A stretch of 63,312 nt of DNA, filler included, from Bacteriovoracaceae bacterium (GCA_018649885.1; 3 parts of 3 records of this genome joined end to end with filler, not necessarily neighbours in it), one strand, 5' to 3'; numbered from the whole stretch's first letter, positions 8,377 through 19,399 are shown. Program-made: numbers and translations. Notes: generated from the letters alone by a model not told the origin.

Positions 8377-9593
8377 CTAAAAAACTCCAAGGTTTTCCTA
8401 AGGGAGTTTGCCAGTACATCGAAGTCTTGTTTTCGATTGTAGATGGAAACCGATGCTCTTGCCGTGGCGGGAACCTTAAAACGATTCATCACCGGCTGAG
8501 TGCAATGGTGTCCAACTCTTATGGCCACTCCATCTTGATCCACTAAGGTACCAATATCATGCGGGTGAACATCACCAAGCACAAAACTTATAATAGATGT
8601 CTTGTTTTTTGAAGTGCCAATTATTCTTAATCCTTCGATTTCTAAGAGTTTTTGAGTTCCATAGGCGAGAACTTCGTGCTCATGGCCTTCAATCGCCTTA
8701 AGTCCTAAATCTCCCACATAACTAAGAGCTCCACCAAGTCCTAGGACCGAGGCGATTGGAGGCGTGCCCGCTTCAAATTTATGGGGAAGACCTGCGTAGG
8801 TGCTGCCTTCAAAAGTGACTTTTTCAATCATGTCACCCCCTCCAAAAAAGGGAGGAAGCTCTTCAAGAAGGGCCTCTTTTCCGTAGAGAACACCTATTCC
8901 TGTGGGGCCATAAATTTTGTGTCCGGAAAAGGCCAAAAAATCCACATCTAAGTTTTGGACGTCTATTTCTATGTGGGCCACTGCCTGCGCAGCGTCAACC
9001 ATCATCAGCGCACCTGCTTCGTGGGCCAAGGAACACATTTGTTTAATGGGATTTATGCTTCCCAGGCTATTGCTGACATGAACTACACTTACCAATTTTG
9101 TTTTATTTGAAAGAAGCTTTTTGTACTGCTCAATTTCAATTTCACCATCATCATTTATAGGGATGACTTTGAGGACCGCTCCATTTCTCTGGCATAGCAT
9201 CTGCCAGGGAATAATATTTGAGTGATGTTCCATTTCTGAGATTAGAATCTCATCACCTTTGCAAATTTTTGTATTTTCTAGAATGTGTGCCAGTAAGTTG
9301 ACTGAGTGAGTGGTGCCAGTAGTAAAAATAATCTCATTTCTTTTTTTGGCACCGATAAAGACTTTGATCTGATCGCGTACACCTTCGTATTCATCTGTCG
9401 CTTTTTCACTATAGTAGTGAACCCCCCGGTGGATATTTGATGCTCCCAATAGATAGTGGTCGCTGACGATCTGTCCCACAATATTTGGTTTTAAGGTTGT
9501 TGCAGCATTATCTAGATAAACTAGCTCTTTATTTCTCACAGGCCGATGTAAAATCGGAAAATCTTTTCGAATTTTTTCAACGTCCAAAGACAT
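8373..9593 (-). CDS. sufS: Cysteine desulfurase SufS
   Basis: YLDNAATT, FSGHK (PLP Lys), RVGHHC. Confidence 0.95.
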   Translation of the reverse strand: MSLDVEKIRKDFPILHRPVRNKELVYLDNAATTLKPNIVGQIVSDHYLLGASNIHRGVHYYSEKATDEYEGVRDQIKVFIGAKKRNEIIFTTGTTHSVNLLAHILENTKICKGDEILISEMEHHSNIIPWQMLCQRNGAVLKVIPINDDGEIEIEQYKKLLSNKTKLVSVVHVSNSLGSINPIKQMCSLAHEAGALMMVDAAQAVAHIEIDVQNLDVDFLAFSGHKIYGPTGIGVLYGKEALLEELPPFFGGGDMIEKVTFEGSTYAGLPHKFEAGTPPIASVLGLGGALSYVGDLGLKAIEGHEHEVLAYGTQKLLEIEGLRIIGTSKNKTSIISFVLGDVHPHDIGTLVDQDGVAIRVGHHCTQPVMNRFKVPATARASVSIYNRKQDFDVLANSLRKTLEFFR

Positions 9594-9596
9594 AGC

Positions 9597-10868
9597 TTAT
9601 CCTTTTAGCGCCGGAAGTGTTTCCAGAAATTCTTTAACATATAAAACAGTGGCCTCACGGTCCTGAGTGCCTTTAAATTTATAAATTGCGTCAATTGCAA
9701 ATGCCTCAGAGAGAATTTGCACCGCTCTTTTTTTCGTGATGCCTCGACTTTGCAGGTAGAAAATTTCATCTTCTTGCAGTCTGCCAATAGTTGCACCATG
9801 AGAGCATTTTACATCATCCGCATGGATTTCTAATGTGGGCTTAGTTTCCACGTGGGCCAAATTTGAAAGTAGCAGATTTTTATTTAACTGATTGGAGTCA
9901 ATTTTTTGGGCCTTAGGGTGAACAAAGATAGTTCCATTAAATACACCAAGGGATTTTTGATCGAGCAGGCCTTTGTAGTACTGAACACTTGTAGTGTCCC
10001 CCACGCGGTGATGAATATGGGTAAAGTTTTGGCAAATACCGGAGTCGTCATTTGAAAAGAGGCCTACTAACTCACAGTGAGCATGCTCTCCCAGGAGTTC
10101 CACATCCAAGTTATTTCTTGATTTTTTACCACCGAGAAAGAGTGAGAGATTGTGATACTCTCCCGCGCCTAAAACTTTCACTTTGGTGGAATTGAGTTGG
10201 GTGCCTGTGGGACAACCTGTATTTTTTGATGTGTGATAAAGACACGCTCTTTTTTCAATATATATCTCAGTTAAGCTTTGAGTCCAGCTTACACCTTTGA
10301 ACCCACGGTAGTGCTCAATGAGCTCAGCGCTTGCGCCCTCTTCCATTACCACTAAGATTCTGGGAAGCGATAACGCCTCATTTGTTTTAGGATCGTGGTT
10401 TCCTATAGTAATAGGGGAGTCAAGAGTGTGATTTTTTTTAACTTTAATCAGCAGTCCACCATCCATAAATGAATTGCTCATTTGTTGGAAGAAATCAGTG
10501 CTATCTACAAATTGGGCCAAAATATCTTGGACTTCACTTCCACCTAGTAAGCTGTACTCTAATCCGCTGGGTAGGTTTTCTTTTTTAGTAAGATCTTCTC
10601 TAAAATACCCACCTACAAAATTAAAGTGGTAATCAGCAGTGCTTACTACTGCATTTTGCTGCTGATCTTTAGAAGAGACTGAAGAGGCCAAAAAAGCGCT
10701 CATATCCATGTGCCGGTATTTTTCCGTTTTACTGCTTGGAATACCGGAGCTTTTAATATTATTTAGCGCACGGTCTCTGAAATCAGCTGACCACCCTCCA
10801 TCTTGGTCATTATTGATTTGATTAAACCCGCTAGCTTTTTCTAAAAATATTTTCATTTCACCATTCAT
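9597..10868 (-). CDS. sufD: Fe-S assembly protein SufD
   Basis: PTLEIHADDVKCSHGATIG and FYLQSRGI; position in the suf operon. Confidence 0.93.
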   Translation of the reverse strand: MNGEMKIFLEKASGFNQINNDQDGGWSADFRDRALNNIKSSGIPSSKTEKYRHMDMSAFLASSVSSKDQQQNAVVSTADYHFNFVGGYFREDLTKKENLPSGLEYSLLGGSEVQDILAQFVDSTDFFQQMSNSFMDGGLLIKVKKNHTLDSPITIGNHDPKTNEALSLPRILVVMEEGASAELIEHYRGFKGVSWTQSLTEIYIEKRACLYHTSKNTGCPTGTQLNSTKVKVLGAGEYHNLSLFLGGKKSRNNLDVELLGEHAHCELVGLFSNDDSGICQNFTHIHHRVGDTTSVQYYKGLLDQKSLGVFNGTIFVHPKAQKIDSNQLNKNLLLSNLAHVETKPTLEIHADDVKCSHGATIGRLQEDEIFYLQSRGITKKRAVQILSEAFAIDAIYKFKGTQDREATVLYVKEFLETLPALKG

Positions 10869-10869
10869 G

Positions 10870-11640
10870 CTATTGGACCTTTTCGCCTATGACCCAATCA
10901 TAGCCTCTTTTTTCAAGTTCTAAGGCCAATTCTTTGCCACCAGTTTTAATGATTTTTCCTTGGTAAAGAACATGGACAAAGTCTGGGACAATATAGTCTA
11001 AAAGTCTTTGATAGTGTGTCACTAAAATAGTGGCATTATATTTTGATTTCAAGTCATTGACACCCTTTGCAACAATTTTTAGGGCGTCAATATCAAGGCC
11101 TGAGTCGGTTTCATCCAAAAGTGAGAGAATAGGATTCAAAATACTCATTTGAAGGATTTCATTTTTCTTTTTCTCTCCTCCGGAAAATCCTTCATTGACT
11201 GGACGGTGAATAAAGGAAGGGTCCATATTGAGGCCCTTACATTTTTGTCCAATCAGCTCATTAAAATCAAAGGCATCAAGCTCTTCTGCACCTTGATGCT
11301 TGCAGATACTATTGAAGGCCTCTTTTAAAAATGTACTATTGGTGACGCCTGGGATTTCTACTGGGTATTGAAAACCCAGGAATATTCCCTCGCGTGCCCG
11401 CTCACTTGGTTCAAGCTCAAGGATTTTTGAAGGCTTGCCATTTATCTCATAGAGCACTTCACCACTTTCGACATGATAGTCAGGGTGGCCTGAAATAACC
11501 TTGGCCAGAGTACTCTTGCCAGAACCATTGGGTCCCATAATGGCATGGATTTCTCCACGGTTCACGGTCAAATTGATTCCGTTTAAAATTTTGTTGCCAT
11601 CTACTGTGGCGTGAAGATCTTTAATTTCTAATAAGCTCAT
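10870..11640 (-). CDS. sufC: Fe-S assembly ATPase SufC
   Basis: [35 protein letters not shown]. Confidence 0.96.
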   Translation of the reverse strand: MSLLEIKDLHATVDGNKILNGINLTVNRGEIHAIMGPNGSGKSTLAKVISGHPDYHVESGEVLYEINGKPSKILELEPSERAREGIFLGFQYPVEIPGVTNSTFLKEAFNSICKHQGAEELDAFDFNELIGQKCKGLNMDPSFIHRPVNEGFSGGEKKKNEILQMSILNPILSLLDETDSGLDIDALKIVAKGVNDLKSKYNATILVTHYQRLLDYIVPDFVHVLYQGKIIKTGGKELALELEKRGYDWVIGEKVQ

Positions 11641-11642
11641 AC

Positions 11643-13091
11643 CTATCCTACGCTATTTTCAAGTTTCATTTCTAGTAATTTGACGGCCTCAACAGAAAAT
11701 TCAAGTGGGAGAGTCTTAAATACTTCCCGGCAAAACCCATTGAGGATAACTGAGATGGCCTGTTCAGAGTCAAGGCCTCTACTTTGTAAATAAAAGATTT
11801 GATCAGCACTTATTTTACAAGTACTGGCCTCGTGCTCAAGTGTGGCCGTGCTATTTTTGACATCAATATAGGGAAAAGTATTGGCGCTACTTTCATCACC
11901 TATGAGCATTGAATCACATTGACTGTAATTTCTGGCCCCTGTTGCTGAGGGATTAATTTTAACAAGGCCTCTGTAGGAGTTTTCTGATTGGTCTGCAGAA
12001 ATTCCTTTGGAGATTATTGTGGACCTTGTATTTTTACCAATATGGATCATTTTGCTGCCAGTGTCGGCCTGCATTTTATGATTGGTTAAGGCCACGGAAT
12101 AAAAATTTCCTGTGGAATCATCACCAATTAAATAACAAGATGGATACTTCCAAGTGATGGCCGATCCTGCTTCAACTTGAGTCCAAGAGATTTTACTTCT
12201 CTTGCCGAGGCAATGACCTCTTTTTGTCACAAAGTTGTAAATTCCACCGACTCCGTTTTCATCACCTGCATACCAGTTTTGTACTGTGGAGTATTTTATT
12301 TCAGCATCGTCTAGAGCTACCAGTTCTACCACAGCTGCGTGAAGTTGGTTTTCATCTCTCATAGGAGCTGTACAGCCTTCAAGGTAATTAACAAAAGAGC
12401 CTTCTTCAGCAATAATAAGTGTTCTTTCAAATTGTCCGGTCTCTTTTGCATTGATTCTAAAGTAAGTGGAAAGATCCATTGGGCATGTTACGCCTTTTGG
12501 GATGTAGACAAAAGAGCCATCACTGAAGACAGCACAATTTAGGGCCGAGTAGTAATTGTCTTTAACAGGTACAACTGAGGCCAGGTATTTTTTTACAAGC
12601 TCAGGATGGTCTTTGATAGCTTCAGTAATGGAGCAAAAAATCACTCCATGTTTTTTGAGTTCATCTTGATGAGTGGTCCCTACAGAGACAGAATCAAAAA
12701 CCGCATCTACGGCCACACCTGCTAATCGTTTTTGTTCCTCAAGAGGGATTCCAAGTCTATTGAATGTTTTGACAATTTCGGGGTCAACTTCATCCATGCT
12801 TTGGTATTTAGGGTCTTTTGACTTGGGTCTGCTGTGAAAGTAGATATCTTGAAAATCAATTTTAGGAAATTTTACATGTTGCCACGTAGGGTGCTCCATT
12901 TCTAGCCAAGACTTATAGGACTTGAGTCTAAAATCGAGCATCCATTCAGGGTCTCCAGCTTTTGCAGAAATTTTTCGTACAATTTCTTCGCTAATTCCCT
13001 TGGGGAATTCTTCGGTTTCAACTTCTGTTTCAAATCCCCATTTGTAATCATTATCTAAGGGGTCATTTTGGGTGTCACTCATAATATCCAT
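11643..13091 (-). CDS. sufB: Fe-S assembly protein SufB
   Basis: [31 protein letters not shown]. Confidence 0.97.
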   Translation of the reverse strand: MDIMSDTQNDPLDNDYKWGFETEVETEEFPKGISEEIVRKISAKAGDPEWMLDFRLKSYKSWLEMEHPTWQHVKFPKIDFQDIYFHSRPKSKDPKYQSMDEVDPEIVKTFNRLGIPLEEQKRLAGVAVDAVFDSVSVGTTHQDELKKHGVIFCSITEAIKDHPELVKKYLASVVPVKDNYYSALNCAVFSDGSFVYIPKGVTCPMDLSTYFRINAKETGQFERTLIIAEEGSFVNYLEGCTAPMRDENQLHAAVVELVALDDAEIKYSTVQNWYAGDENGVGGIYNFVTKRGHCLGKRSKISWTQVEAGSAITWKYPSCYLIGDDSTGNFYSVALTNHKMQADTGSKMIHIGKNTRSTIISKGISADQSENSYRGLVKINPSATGARNYSQCDSMLIGDESSANTFPYIDVKNSTATLEHEASTCKISADQIFYLQSRGLDSEQAISVILNGFCREVFKTLPLEFSVEAVKLLEMKLENSVG

Positions 13092-13577
13092 CTATACCTT
13101 TATTTCATTAAGCTGACTGATTAGACTTTGAACAGGCCTTTGACCTGGATCTTCTGACAATACTTCTAGCACCGTTAAAGATTTTAAAAAATTCATAAAA
13201 ATTTGATCCAAATAGCGCATGGGATTGACGATTGTGCAATTTGATTCTTTATGACATCCAACTCCAATTTCAGAGCAGGCAATGATTTCTACTTTTTCAT
13301 CTACAATTTTTGCCAAATGATAAAAAGAAATGCTCGACAGATCTACATCAAGAAAATAGCCACCTTTGTGGCCTTGGATTGATTTGACTATGCCGTGGGC
13401 ATGCAGAATTTTTAAGACTTTTGCCGTTGTATCAAATGGGATTTGGTGGTCATTGCAAATTTGGCGAGCAGATTGCGGTGCCGAAGGCCCCTTGCCACTC
13501 AGACACTTCAAAGCCATGAGGGCGTATTCCATTTTTTTGGAAATTTTTACCATTACCTGCTTCCTAAGCTGTTCCAC
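13092..13577 (-). CDS. Rrf2-family transcriptional regulator of the suf operon (probable start ATG 13553)
   Basis: wHTH region with S.QGHKGGY; three C-terminal Cys (C-x6-C-x5-C) as likely Fe-S ligands. Confidence 0.88.
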   Translation of the reverse strand: MEQLRKQVMVKISKKMEYALMALKCLSGKGPSAPQSARQICNDHQIPFDTTAKVLKILHAHGIVKSIQGHKGGYFLDVDLSSISFYHLAKIVDEKVEIIACSEIGVGCHKESNCTIVNPMRYLDQIFMNFLKSLTVLEVLSEDPGQRPVQSLISQLNEIKV

Positions 13578-13653
13578 AATATTAGCTTAAGATATATCAC
13601 AGGATATGGGGGTAATCTACCCCTATTTGAAGAAAGCTCACTATTTCAGCTAG

Positions 13654-15426
13654 TTACATGCGCTGCGGTACGGGGATTCCCAGCAGTGACAGACCCTTTT
13701 CGATAACAACAGATGTCGATTTTGCCAGTGCTAAACGGGCGATTTTTAATTTTTTATTATCTGCTTTTCCCACAGGACATTCCGAGTAAAAAGCATTGAA
13801 AAGCTTGGATAGCTCAAAGAGGTAGCTACTGAGAAAGCTTGGTTTAAATTGTTCACTGGCGACAAATACAACATCGTTAAATTCTAATAATTTGGCGATT
13901 ATTTTCTTTTCACAAGCATGCTCAAGGGTGTTCCAGTCGACTTCTTCTTCGCCTGAATAACCTAGTTTTAAACACATATTGTTAATTCGTGCAAAAGCAT
14001 ACTGTATATAGGGACCACTTTCCCCATCAAGTCTAAGCCATTCATCCATGTCAAAAACAATTTTTTTATTGTTATCCATTCTGATCATGCCGTATTTAAT
14101 GGCACCTTGGGCCACTATATGGGCCGTATTTTTGATTTCAGTTTGGTCCCACTCATCAACGTATTTTGCGAGGTAGTTGCTCGCTATGGTCTGCTCCATT
14201 TTATTGATCAACTCCATGAGAGGAATAATATTACCTTTTCTTGAAGACATCGCCCCATCTGCAAGCTCTACCATTTCATATTGTATGTGGTGGCAGTCGC
14301 GGGCCTGTTCAAAGCCCATTTTCTCTAGAGTTTTAAATACTTGTTTAAAGTGGCGCTCTTGTCTGTTGTCCACAACATAGAGGCTTCTTTCAATTTGAAA
14401 GTCTTCAAATTTTCTTCTGGCAAGCTCTAAATCTTTGGTGGCATAAAGACCTGTGCCATCTGATTTTAAGAGCAAACAAAAACCTAGCTTGTCCTCTTCT
14501 AAATAAATTCCCACAGCTCCTTGATCCACAACAAAAAGACCGCTATCAAGATATTTTTTCACTAACTCCACTGATGGAGCGTCGACTTCTGATTCCCAGT
14601 ATCTTTTGTCGAACTCAACATTTGCCCATTTACAAACGCTGTCCAGCAAGGCCACAGAATATTGTCTTGTTTTTTTCCAAAGCTCATAATACTCACCGCT
14701 TTCAGCGTGGAGCTCTTTTAAAATATTTGTGAGAATTTCTTTATTTTCGGCCTCTTTATCAGATCCTCTTTCATCTTCTAATTTATTGTTAGCATTTGAA
14801 TAGAGTTTTCCAAGCCATGCTCCTTTTTCAAGCACACCTTCGGGCTCAGCTGTTTTGTTGTGGAATTTTAAATACCATAAACATTTTGCCACATGGGTTC
14901 CCACATCACCTGGAAAAGTGCTGCTGATAATAGGGACTCCTGCATAGGTCATCAACTTGATAAGTGAATCTCCAAGACAGAGATTTCTCATATGGCCTAC
15001 ATGATATTCTTTATGGGTATTGGGTTGGAAATATTCCACCATGGTTTTCTTAGGCTTATCTACCAAAGTTTTATTAAATTCACTGCCATCAAGTACTGCC
15101 GGGCAAATTTTCTTTGCCACATTTTCGAAGTTGTAGAAGAAGTTTAGATAAGGTCCACTTGCAGCTGCCTTTTCAACATATTCACAATCTGAGAAATTTT
15201 GGGCCAAGGCAAGCGCAATATCTTTTGGTGATTTTCTAAGTGGTTTTGAGAGTCTAAAACATCCAAAGGCCAAGTGGCCCATGTCAAACTGAGGTGCACT
15301 GGCAAAGGCATTCATTAAAGTAATAGGGTCTGGAATAGCTTCTGTATTGTCTGGAAAGCTAAGCTTCAAGGCCTTTTCTATGTTGATGGCAATATTGTAT
15401 TTAATTGTGGAGAAGTGGGCGTCCAT
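13654..15426 (-). CDS. argS: Arginine--tRNA ligase
   Basis: HVGHMRN (HIGH), MSSRKGN, GPYIQYAFAR, and a DALR-type C-terminus. Confidence 0.96.
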   Translation of the reverse strand: MDAHFSTIKYNIAINIEKALKLSFPDNTEAIPDPITLMNAFASAPQFDMGHLAFGCFRLSKPLRKSPKDIALALAQNFSDCEYVEKAAASGPYLNFFYNFENVAKKICPAVLDGSEFNKTLVDKPKKTMVEYFQPNTHKEYHVGHMRNLCLGDSLIKLMTYAGVPIISSTFPGDVGTHVAKCLWYLKFHNKTAEPEGVLEKGAWLGKLYSNANNKLEDERGSDKEAENKEILTNILKELHAESGEYYELWKKTRQYSVALLDSVCKWANVEFDKRYWESEVDAPSVELVKKYLDSGLFVVDQGAVGIYLEEDKLGFCLLLKSDGTGLYATKDLELARRKFEDFQIERSLYVVDNRQERHFKQVFKTLEKMGFEQARDCHHIQYEMVELADGAMSSRKGNIIPLMELINKMEQTIASNYLAKYVDEWDQTEIKNTAHIVAQGAIKYGMIRMDNNKKIVFDMDEWLRLDGESGPYIQYAFARINNMCLKLGYSGEEEVDWNTLEHACEKKIIAKLLEFNDVVFVASEQFKPSFLSSYLFELSKLFNAFYSECPVGKADNKKLKIARLALAKSTSVVIEKGLSLLGIPVPQRM

Positions 15427-15483
15427 ATCTGGCTTGTTCCGTGTTAAAATGTTCTTAGCTCTCCCCTTGGGGGACCGGGGGTA

Positions 15484-15864
15484 GTGTCATTATATAACAC
15501 GGAGAAGAAAATATTGAAAGCCATGTTTTTGATTTTGCTGATTGTGCCTTGTGTGTGGGCAGTGGAAATTAAAGTAAAAAAAATAGAAGCTGAAGTGGAC
15601 CAAGAGTCGGGCAAACTCATTACTAAACACTATTTAGAGGGGAGTCATTTAATATACGATTGCAAAGAAATGGCCTGGCTTTGTGTCGACATTAATGGCT
15701 GGAAGTCATGCAGCGAAAATAGGGCCAAGGCCAGAAAAAGAAAACTTAAAAACATGCCATGTGCACCAGTAAAGAAGTACGACAAACAAAAAATGTGCTT
15801 TCAGGCCCAGCAAAATATCGTCAGCTTTATTGAAGGAAGTAATCCCTGCCAAAATTATGATTAA
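15484..15864 (+). CDS. Small secreted Cys-rich hypothetical protein
   Basis: Hydrophobic signal segment; G.HLIYDC...W.CV motif; six Cys in the mature part. Confidence 0.6.
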   Translation: MSLYNTEKKILKAMFLILLIVPCVWAVEIKVKKIEAEVDQESGKLITKHYLEGSHLIYDCKEMAWLCVDINGWKSCSENRAKARKRKLKNMPCAPVKKYDKQKMCFQAQQNIVSFIEGSNPCQNYD

Positions 15865-15989
15865 GTGATCCAGCACATGGACTCCATGGCCTATCAATTG
15901 ATATAAAAATTTTCACTGTACTGATGGGAACTAATTCTAGACGAATGAATTGGCCCTCGTGTAGGCTTTTGTAATAAAGGGAGTTTTTC

Positions 15990-18095
15990 ATGAACAGGAC
16001 GCTAAGTATAATTTGCCTCTCATTGTTTTCTTTATGCGCGGACGCTGCGGTAGGCGGAAGTGCTTTTGGAAGGCCAGGTATGGTGCCCACTTGGGCCAGT
16101 GCTAAAAAAGTTCAAATTGGTACTTCATTTGAAAGAAAGTCAAAGCTTTGGTTTACCAATACAGATGGGATTTTAACTGAAACCTACTTCCCTCAAATAG
16201 ACCGTCCCCAAATTAAAGACTCTCAAATTATAGTCAGTGATGGAAAAAGCTTCTTTGCCGATGAAAAGAAGAAGACCCACCATAGAGTCAAAAAGTTAAG
16301 CCCCTATTCAAGTCAGCTGATTAATATTGATAAAAAAAATCGCTTCAAAATTGCCCACACCTATTTTACATTTGTCGATCGTGCAGTTTTAGTTGATGAA
16401 ATCGAAATCACTTCTTATAAGGACGGCCTTAGCTACTACTTACTGGTCAACCCTCACTTAGAAAATACAGGCTTTGGAGACAATGGCCGCGCTTTTAAAG
16501 ATAGACTTCACTTCTACCAAGATAGTACCTCATTAGATGTTTCTAGTTCCACCGGATTTGAGAAGTCTTCCGTGGGTTTTGTTGGCAGCTCCGATGGATA
16601 TCAAGATTTAGAAAAAAACTACCAAATGAATTATCTCTTTAAAGAGGCCTTAGATGGAAATATTGCAGGAATGGCCAAATTTAAAATTCCAAGCATTAAA
16701 GGCAAATATAAATTATATGTGGTCTACAATTTCTCAGGTAAAAAAATTGATTTTAAGCTGGTGAATTTTGAAAGTGAAAAAAAGCACTACTATAGTGGCT
16801 GGAAGTCCTACCTAAGCTCGCTAAAAGTTCCAATGGGACTAAGCAGTAGTGAAAATTATCTGTATCAAAGATCTCTTTTTGTCATTAAAAGCTCTGAAGA
16901 CAAAAAACAACCAGGCGCTTTGATCGCTTCACTTTCAAAGCCCTGGGGGGATAAAATTAAAGAACACTCTGGTGTGATGACTGGTGGCTATCACTTGGTA
17001 TGGCCTAGAGATCTTTTTCATATCTCCATGGCGCTACTTTATTCAGGTGATCATAAAACAGCGTTAAATGCACTTCGCTTTTTAAAGAAAATTCAATACC
17101 GCTCAGGCTCTTGGAATTACCAAAAAAGAGTGATCTCTAAAAAAGGTGCCTTTCCCCAAAATACTTGGATCAGTGGAAAGGAGTATTGGAGTGGTCTTCA
17201 AATTGATCAAGTAGGCTATCCTGTTCATCTTTTTTTCCATCTCTATAAAGGGGCCCCCGCAAAAGTCAAAAAACGTCTTTTGGCAGAATTTAAGGAGATG
17301 CTAATCCTTGCCTGTGATTTTATCCAAAGCTATGGTCCTTGGACTGGTCAAGAGAGATGGGAAGAAAATTACGGTATTTCTCCATCAAGTTTTGCAGTGG
17401 CCGCAAGCGCTCTCAAAATTGGCGCTGACTTACTTGGAAATTCAACCTATGCCCACACCGCGAGTGGCTGGCTAGGCAAGAAAGGGGATAATATCCACAC
17501 TTGGACCTACACCACGTCTGGTGTCTACGGGGACGGTAAGTACTATTTGAGAGTGGGGGCATGTTCTCATCCTCTTGAGAAATGGAATCCCAATGCAAAA
17601 AATCTATGTACAGTCGCTAACTCTGGAAAGCAGGTAAACCCTCAGGAAATTCTTGACGGTGGATTTTTAAAGCTCTCTCTTCTGGGTCTTGTTGATCCCG
17701 AAGACACAAGAATTTTAAGCACCCTTAATAAAGTCAACAAACACATATCTTTTGATTCAGATAGAGGTACAGGCTGGCTACGCTATAGCTTTGATGCCTA
17801 CGGCGAAGGAAAGAAAGGCGAGCTTTGGCCACTTTTAAGTGGAGAGCATGGCCGCTTTGATATTGAGTTAGGCAATAAAAGAAAAGTGGCTTGGTCTGTC
17901 ACTAAGTCACTAGTAGATCAAAGACTTAAAGACTTCCAAAGGTTTTCCAATAAGGGCGGGATGATTCCTGAGCAGGTTTACCGAGATACAGGTTTAGGCA
18001 CAGGCGCTGCTACACCTCTGGCCTGGTCTCACGCTGAATATATTAAACTGCTTTGGAGTAGACAGCTAAGATACAATATCGAAAACCCTTTTTAA
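15990..18095 (+). CDS. Secreted glucoamylase/glucodextranase (GH15)
   Basis: Glucodextranase-type N-terminus (AFGRPG..PTWASAKK); GGYHLVWPRD, ERWEE, PEQ and ATPLAWSHAEY motifs. Confidence 0.9.
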   Translation: MNRTLSIICLSLFSLCADAAVGGSAFGRPGMVPTWASAKKVQIGTSFERKSKLWFTNTDGILTETYFPQIDRPQIKDSQIIVSDGKSFFADEKKKTHHRVKKLSPYSSQLINIDKKNRFKIAHTYFTFVDRAVLVDEIEITSYKDGLSYYLLVNPHLENTGFGDNGRAFKDRLHFYQDSTSLDVSSSTGFEKSSVGFVGSSDGYQDLEKNYQMNYLFKEALDGNIAGMAKFKIPSIKGKYKLYVVYNFSGKKIDFKLVNFESEKKHYYSGWKSYLSSLKVPMGLSSSENYLYQRSLFVIKSSEDKKQPGALIASLSKPWGDKIKEHSGVMTGGYHLVWPRDLFHISMALLYSGDHKTALNALRFLKKIQYRSGSWNYQKRVISKKGAFPQNTWISGKEYWSGLQIDQVGYPVHLFFHLYKGAPAKVKKRLLAEFKEMLILACDFIQSYGPWTGQERWEENYGISPSSFAVAASALKIGADLLGNSTYAHTASGWLGKKGDNIHTWTYTTSGVYGDGKYYLRVGACSHPLEKWNPNAKNLCTVANSGKQVNPQEILDGGFLKLSLLGLVDPEDTRILSTLNKVNKHISFDSDRGTGWLRYSFDAYGEGKKGELWPLLSGEHGRFDIELGNKRKVAWSVTKSLVDQRLKDFQRFSNKGGMIPEQVYRDTGLGTGAATPLAWSHAEYIKLLWSRQLRYNIENPF

Positions 18096-18284
18096 GTAGC
18101 CTTTTTCAGCTGGTTGAAAAAATAAACACAAATTGAGTAGCATATTCCCGGTAACATTACAGTGCCCGGGAAGTGCCCTATGTTGAGTGCGAGCCGCGCT
18201 GGGTCATGAAATACTAACTTCGTATATAAACCCATGTTCACAAGGCCTGCTCTTTTTCGAGAGGACCTTAGCTAAGGAGAAGTC

Positions 18285-18875
18285 ATGATGAAAGTTAGTG
18301 CGATAGTATTATCTTTAGTTTCTTTAACAATGGCAGTAAATGCATTGGCACACAGGCGTCCTCACCCACATCGCCATCCTCGTAAGAGGGTTATTGTTGT
18401 CAAGAAACCAGTTGTAGTCATCAAAAAAGTTAGACCCAGAACTGTTTATAAAAAGCGACCTGTCAGAATAGTATATGTGACTCCCATTGGTAGATCTACT
18501 TACCAGGGACGTCCAAGCGTTGGGGCCTATTATGCAACTACATATCTAGGTCACACAAACCTTACTGATAGCAAAGATTTTGATAAGATTTTTCTTCCCT
18601 CATGTTCAACCTATGCTAACCAAAGAATATCTTCTTTGAAATTGTTGGTAAGAAAATATCCCGCCGAAATTGATTATGTGGAACTAACGTTTGAAAATGG
18701 GGGCTCACAAGTTCTGGGCGTAAGGGAGTTCTACGGGGCATACACAGCAACTCGCTGGATTGATTTAGTAGGCGAGAATAGATGTGTCAGATCAATTAAA
18801 ATTGTTGGAGATACCGAGACTGATAATTTCTTCGACAACTCAAGACAAGCTTCAATCCTGTTTTACGGAAGATAA
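18285..18875 (+). CDS. Secreted hypothetical protein with DUF2541/YaaI-like C-terminal domain
   Basis: Signal peptide; His/Pro/Arg/Val-rich linker; 'V.LTFENG...TRWIDL.G..RCV.SI.IVG' pattern. Confidence 0.55.
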   Translation: MMKVSAIVLSLVSLTMAVNALAHRRPHPHRHPRKRVIVVKKPVVVIKKVRPRTVYKKRPVRIVYVTPIGRSTYQGRPSVGAYYATTYLGHTNLTDSKDFDKIFLPSCSTYANQRISSLKLLVRKYPAEIDYVELTFENGGSQVLGVREFYGAYTATRWIDLVGENRCVRSIKIVGDTETDNFFDNSRQASILFYGR

Positions 18876-18887
18876 TTTTAAAAGCTG

Positions 18888-18917
18888 AGGGCCCTTACTC
18901 AACTAGGGGCCTTTTTT
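18888..18917. terminator. Intrinsic terminator between convergent genes
   Basis: AGGGCCCTTA..TAGGGGCCTTTTTT hairpin with T tract. Confidence 0.65.
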
Positions 18918-18920
18918 AAT

Positions 18921-19358
18921 TTAAGGAATTTTTTTAAACATCAGCTGGTGGGGACCTGTCTGGGAAATATCAAAGCTTTCACCAAATTTTTCAAAGCCAA
19001 TAGATTCATAGAAGCCTTGTGCAGACACCCTAGCGTTACACCAAACAAGCTGGCATTGGTTTTGGATGATAATAGGAAAGGCCGTTTTCAGAAGGGATTT
19101 ACTTAGTCCCTTTCTGCGAAATTCTTCCAGTGTCGCCATTCCTCTTAACCGGTATTGGTGGCCTTGGTTTAAATCAGAATTTTGGTCAAAGTAAAATGAG
19201 GCAACACTGACAAGTTTATTATCGATAAAAGCACCAAGATGAAAAGTTAGCTCATCATTGTCACCTTCGAATTTGCAGCTTGAAAGATCTCTACCTGGCC
19301 TTAAGATCTGGCCTCTTAAGCAGTAGGTGTCGCTAGCGCTGATACGTTTTACTTCCAT
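18921..19358 (-). CDS. GNAT N-acetyltransferase
   Basis: LRGMAT...RRKGL, WCNAR, FYESIGF. Confidence 0.9.
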   Translation of the reverse strand: MEVKRISASDTYCLRGQILRPGRDLSSCKFEGDNDELTFHLGAFIDNKLVSVASFYFDQNSDLNQGHQYRLRGMATLEEFRRKGLSKSLLKTAFPIIIQNQCQLVWCNARVSAQGFYESIGFEKFGESFDISQTGPHQLMFKKIP

Positions 19359-19399
19359 TGGGGCAGGTTAAAGGCCTTCTCGTCTTTTGTAAATGCGCT

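Noticed and set aside
7338..13577. rrf2-sufBCDSU-nfu operon as a novelty
   Set aside because: It is a standard Fe-S assembly gene set with intact motifs.
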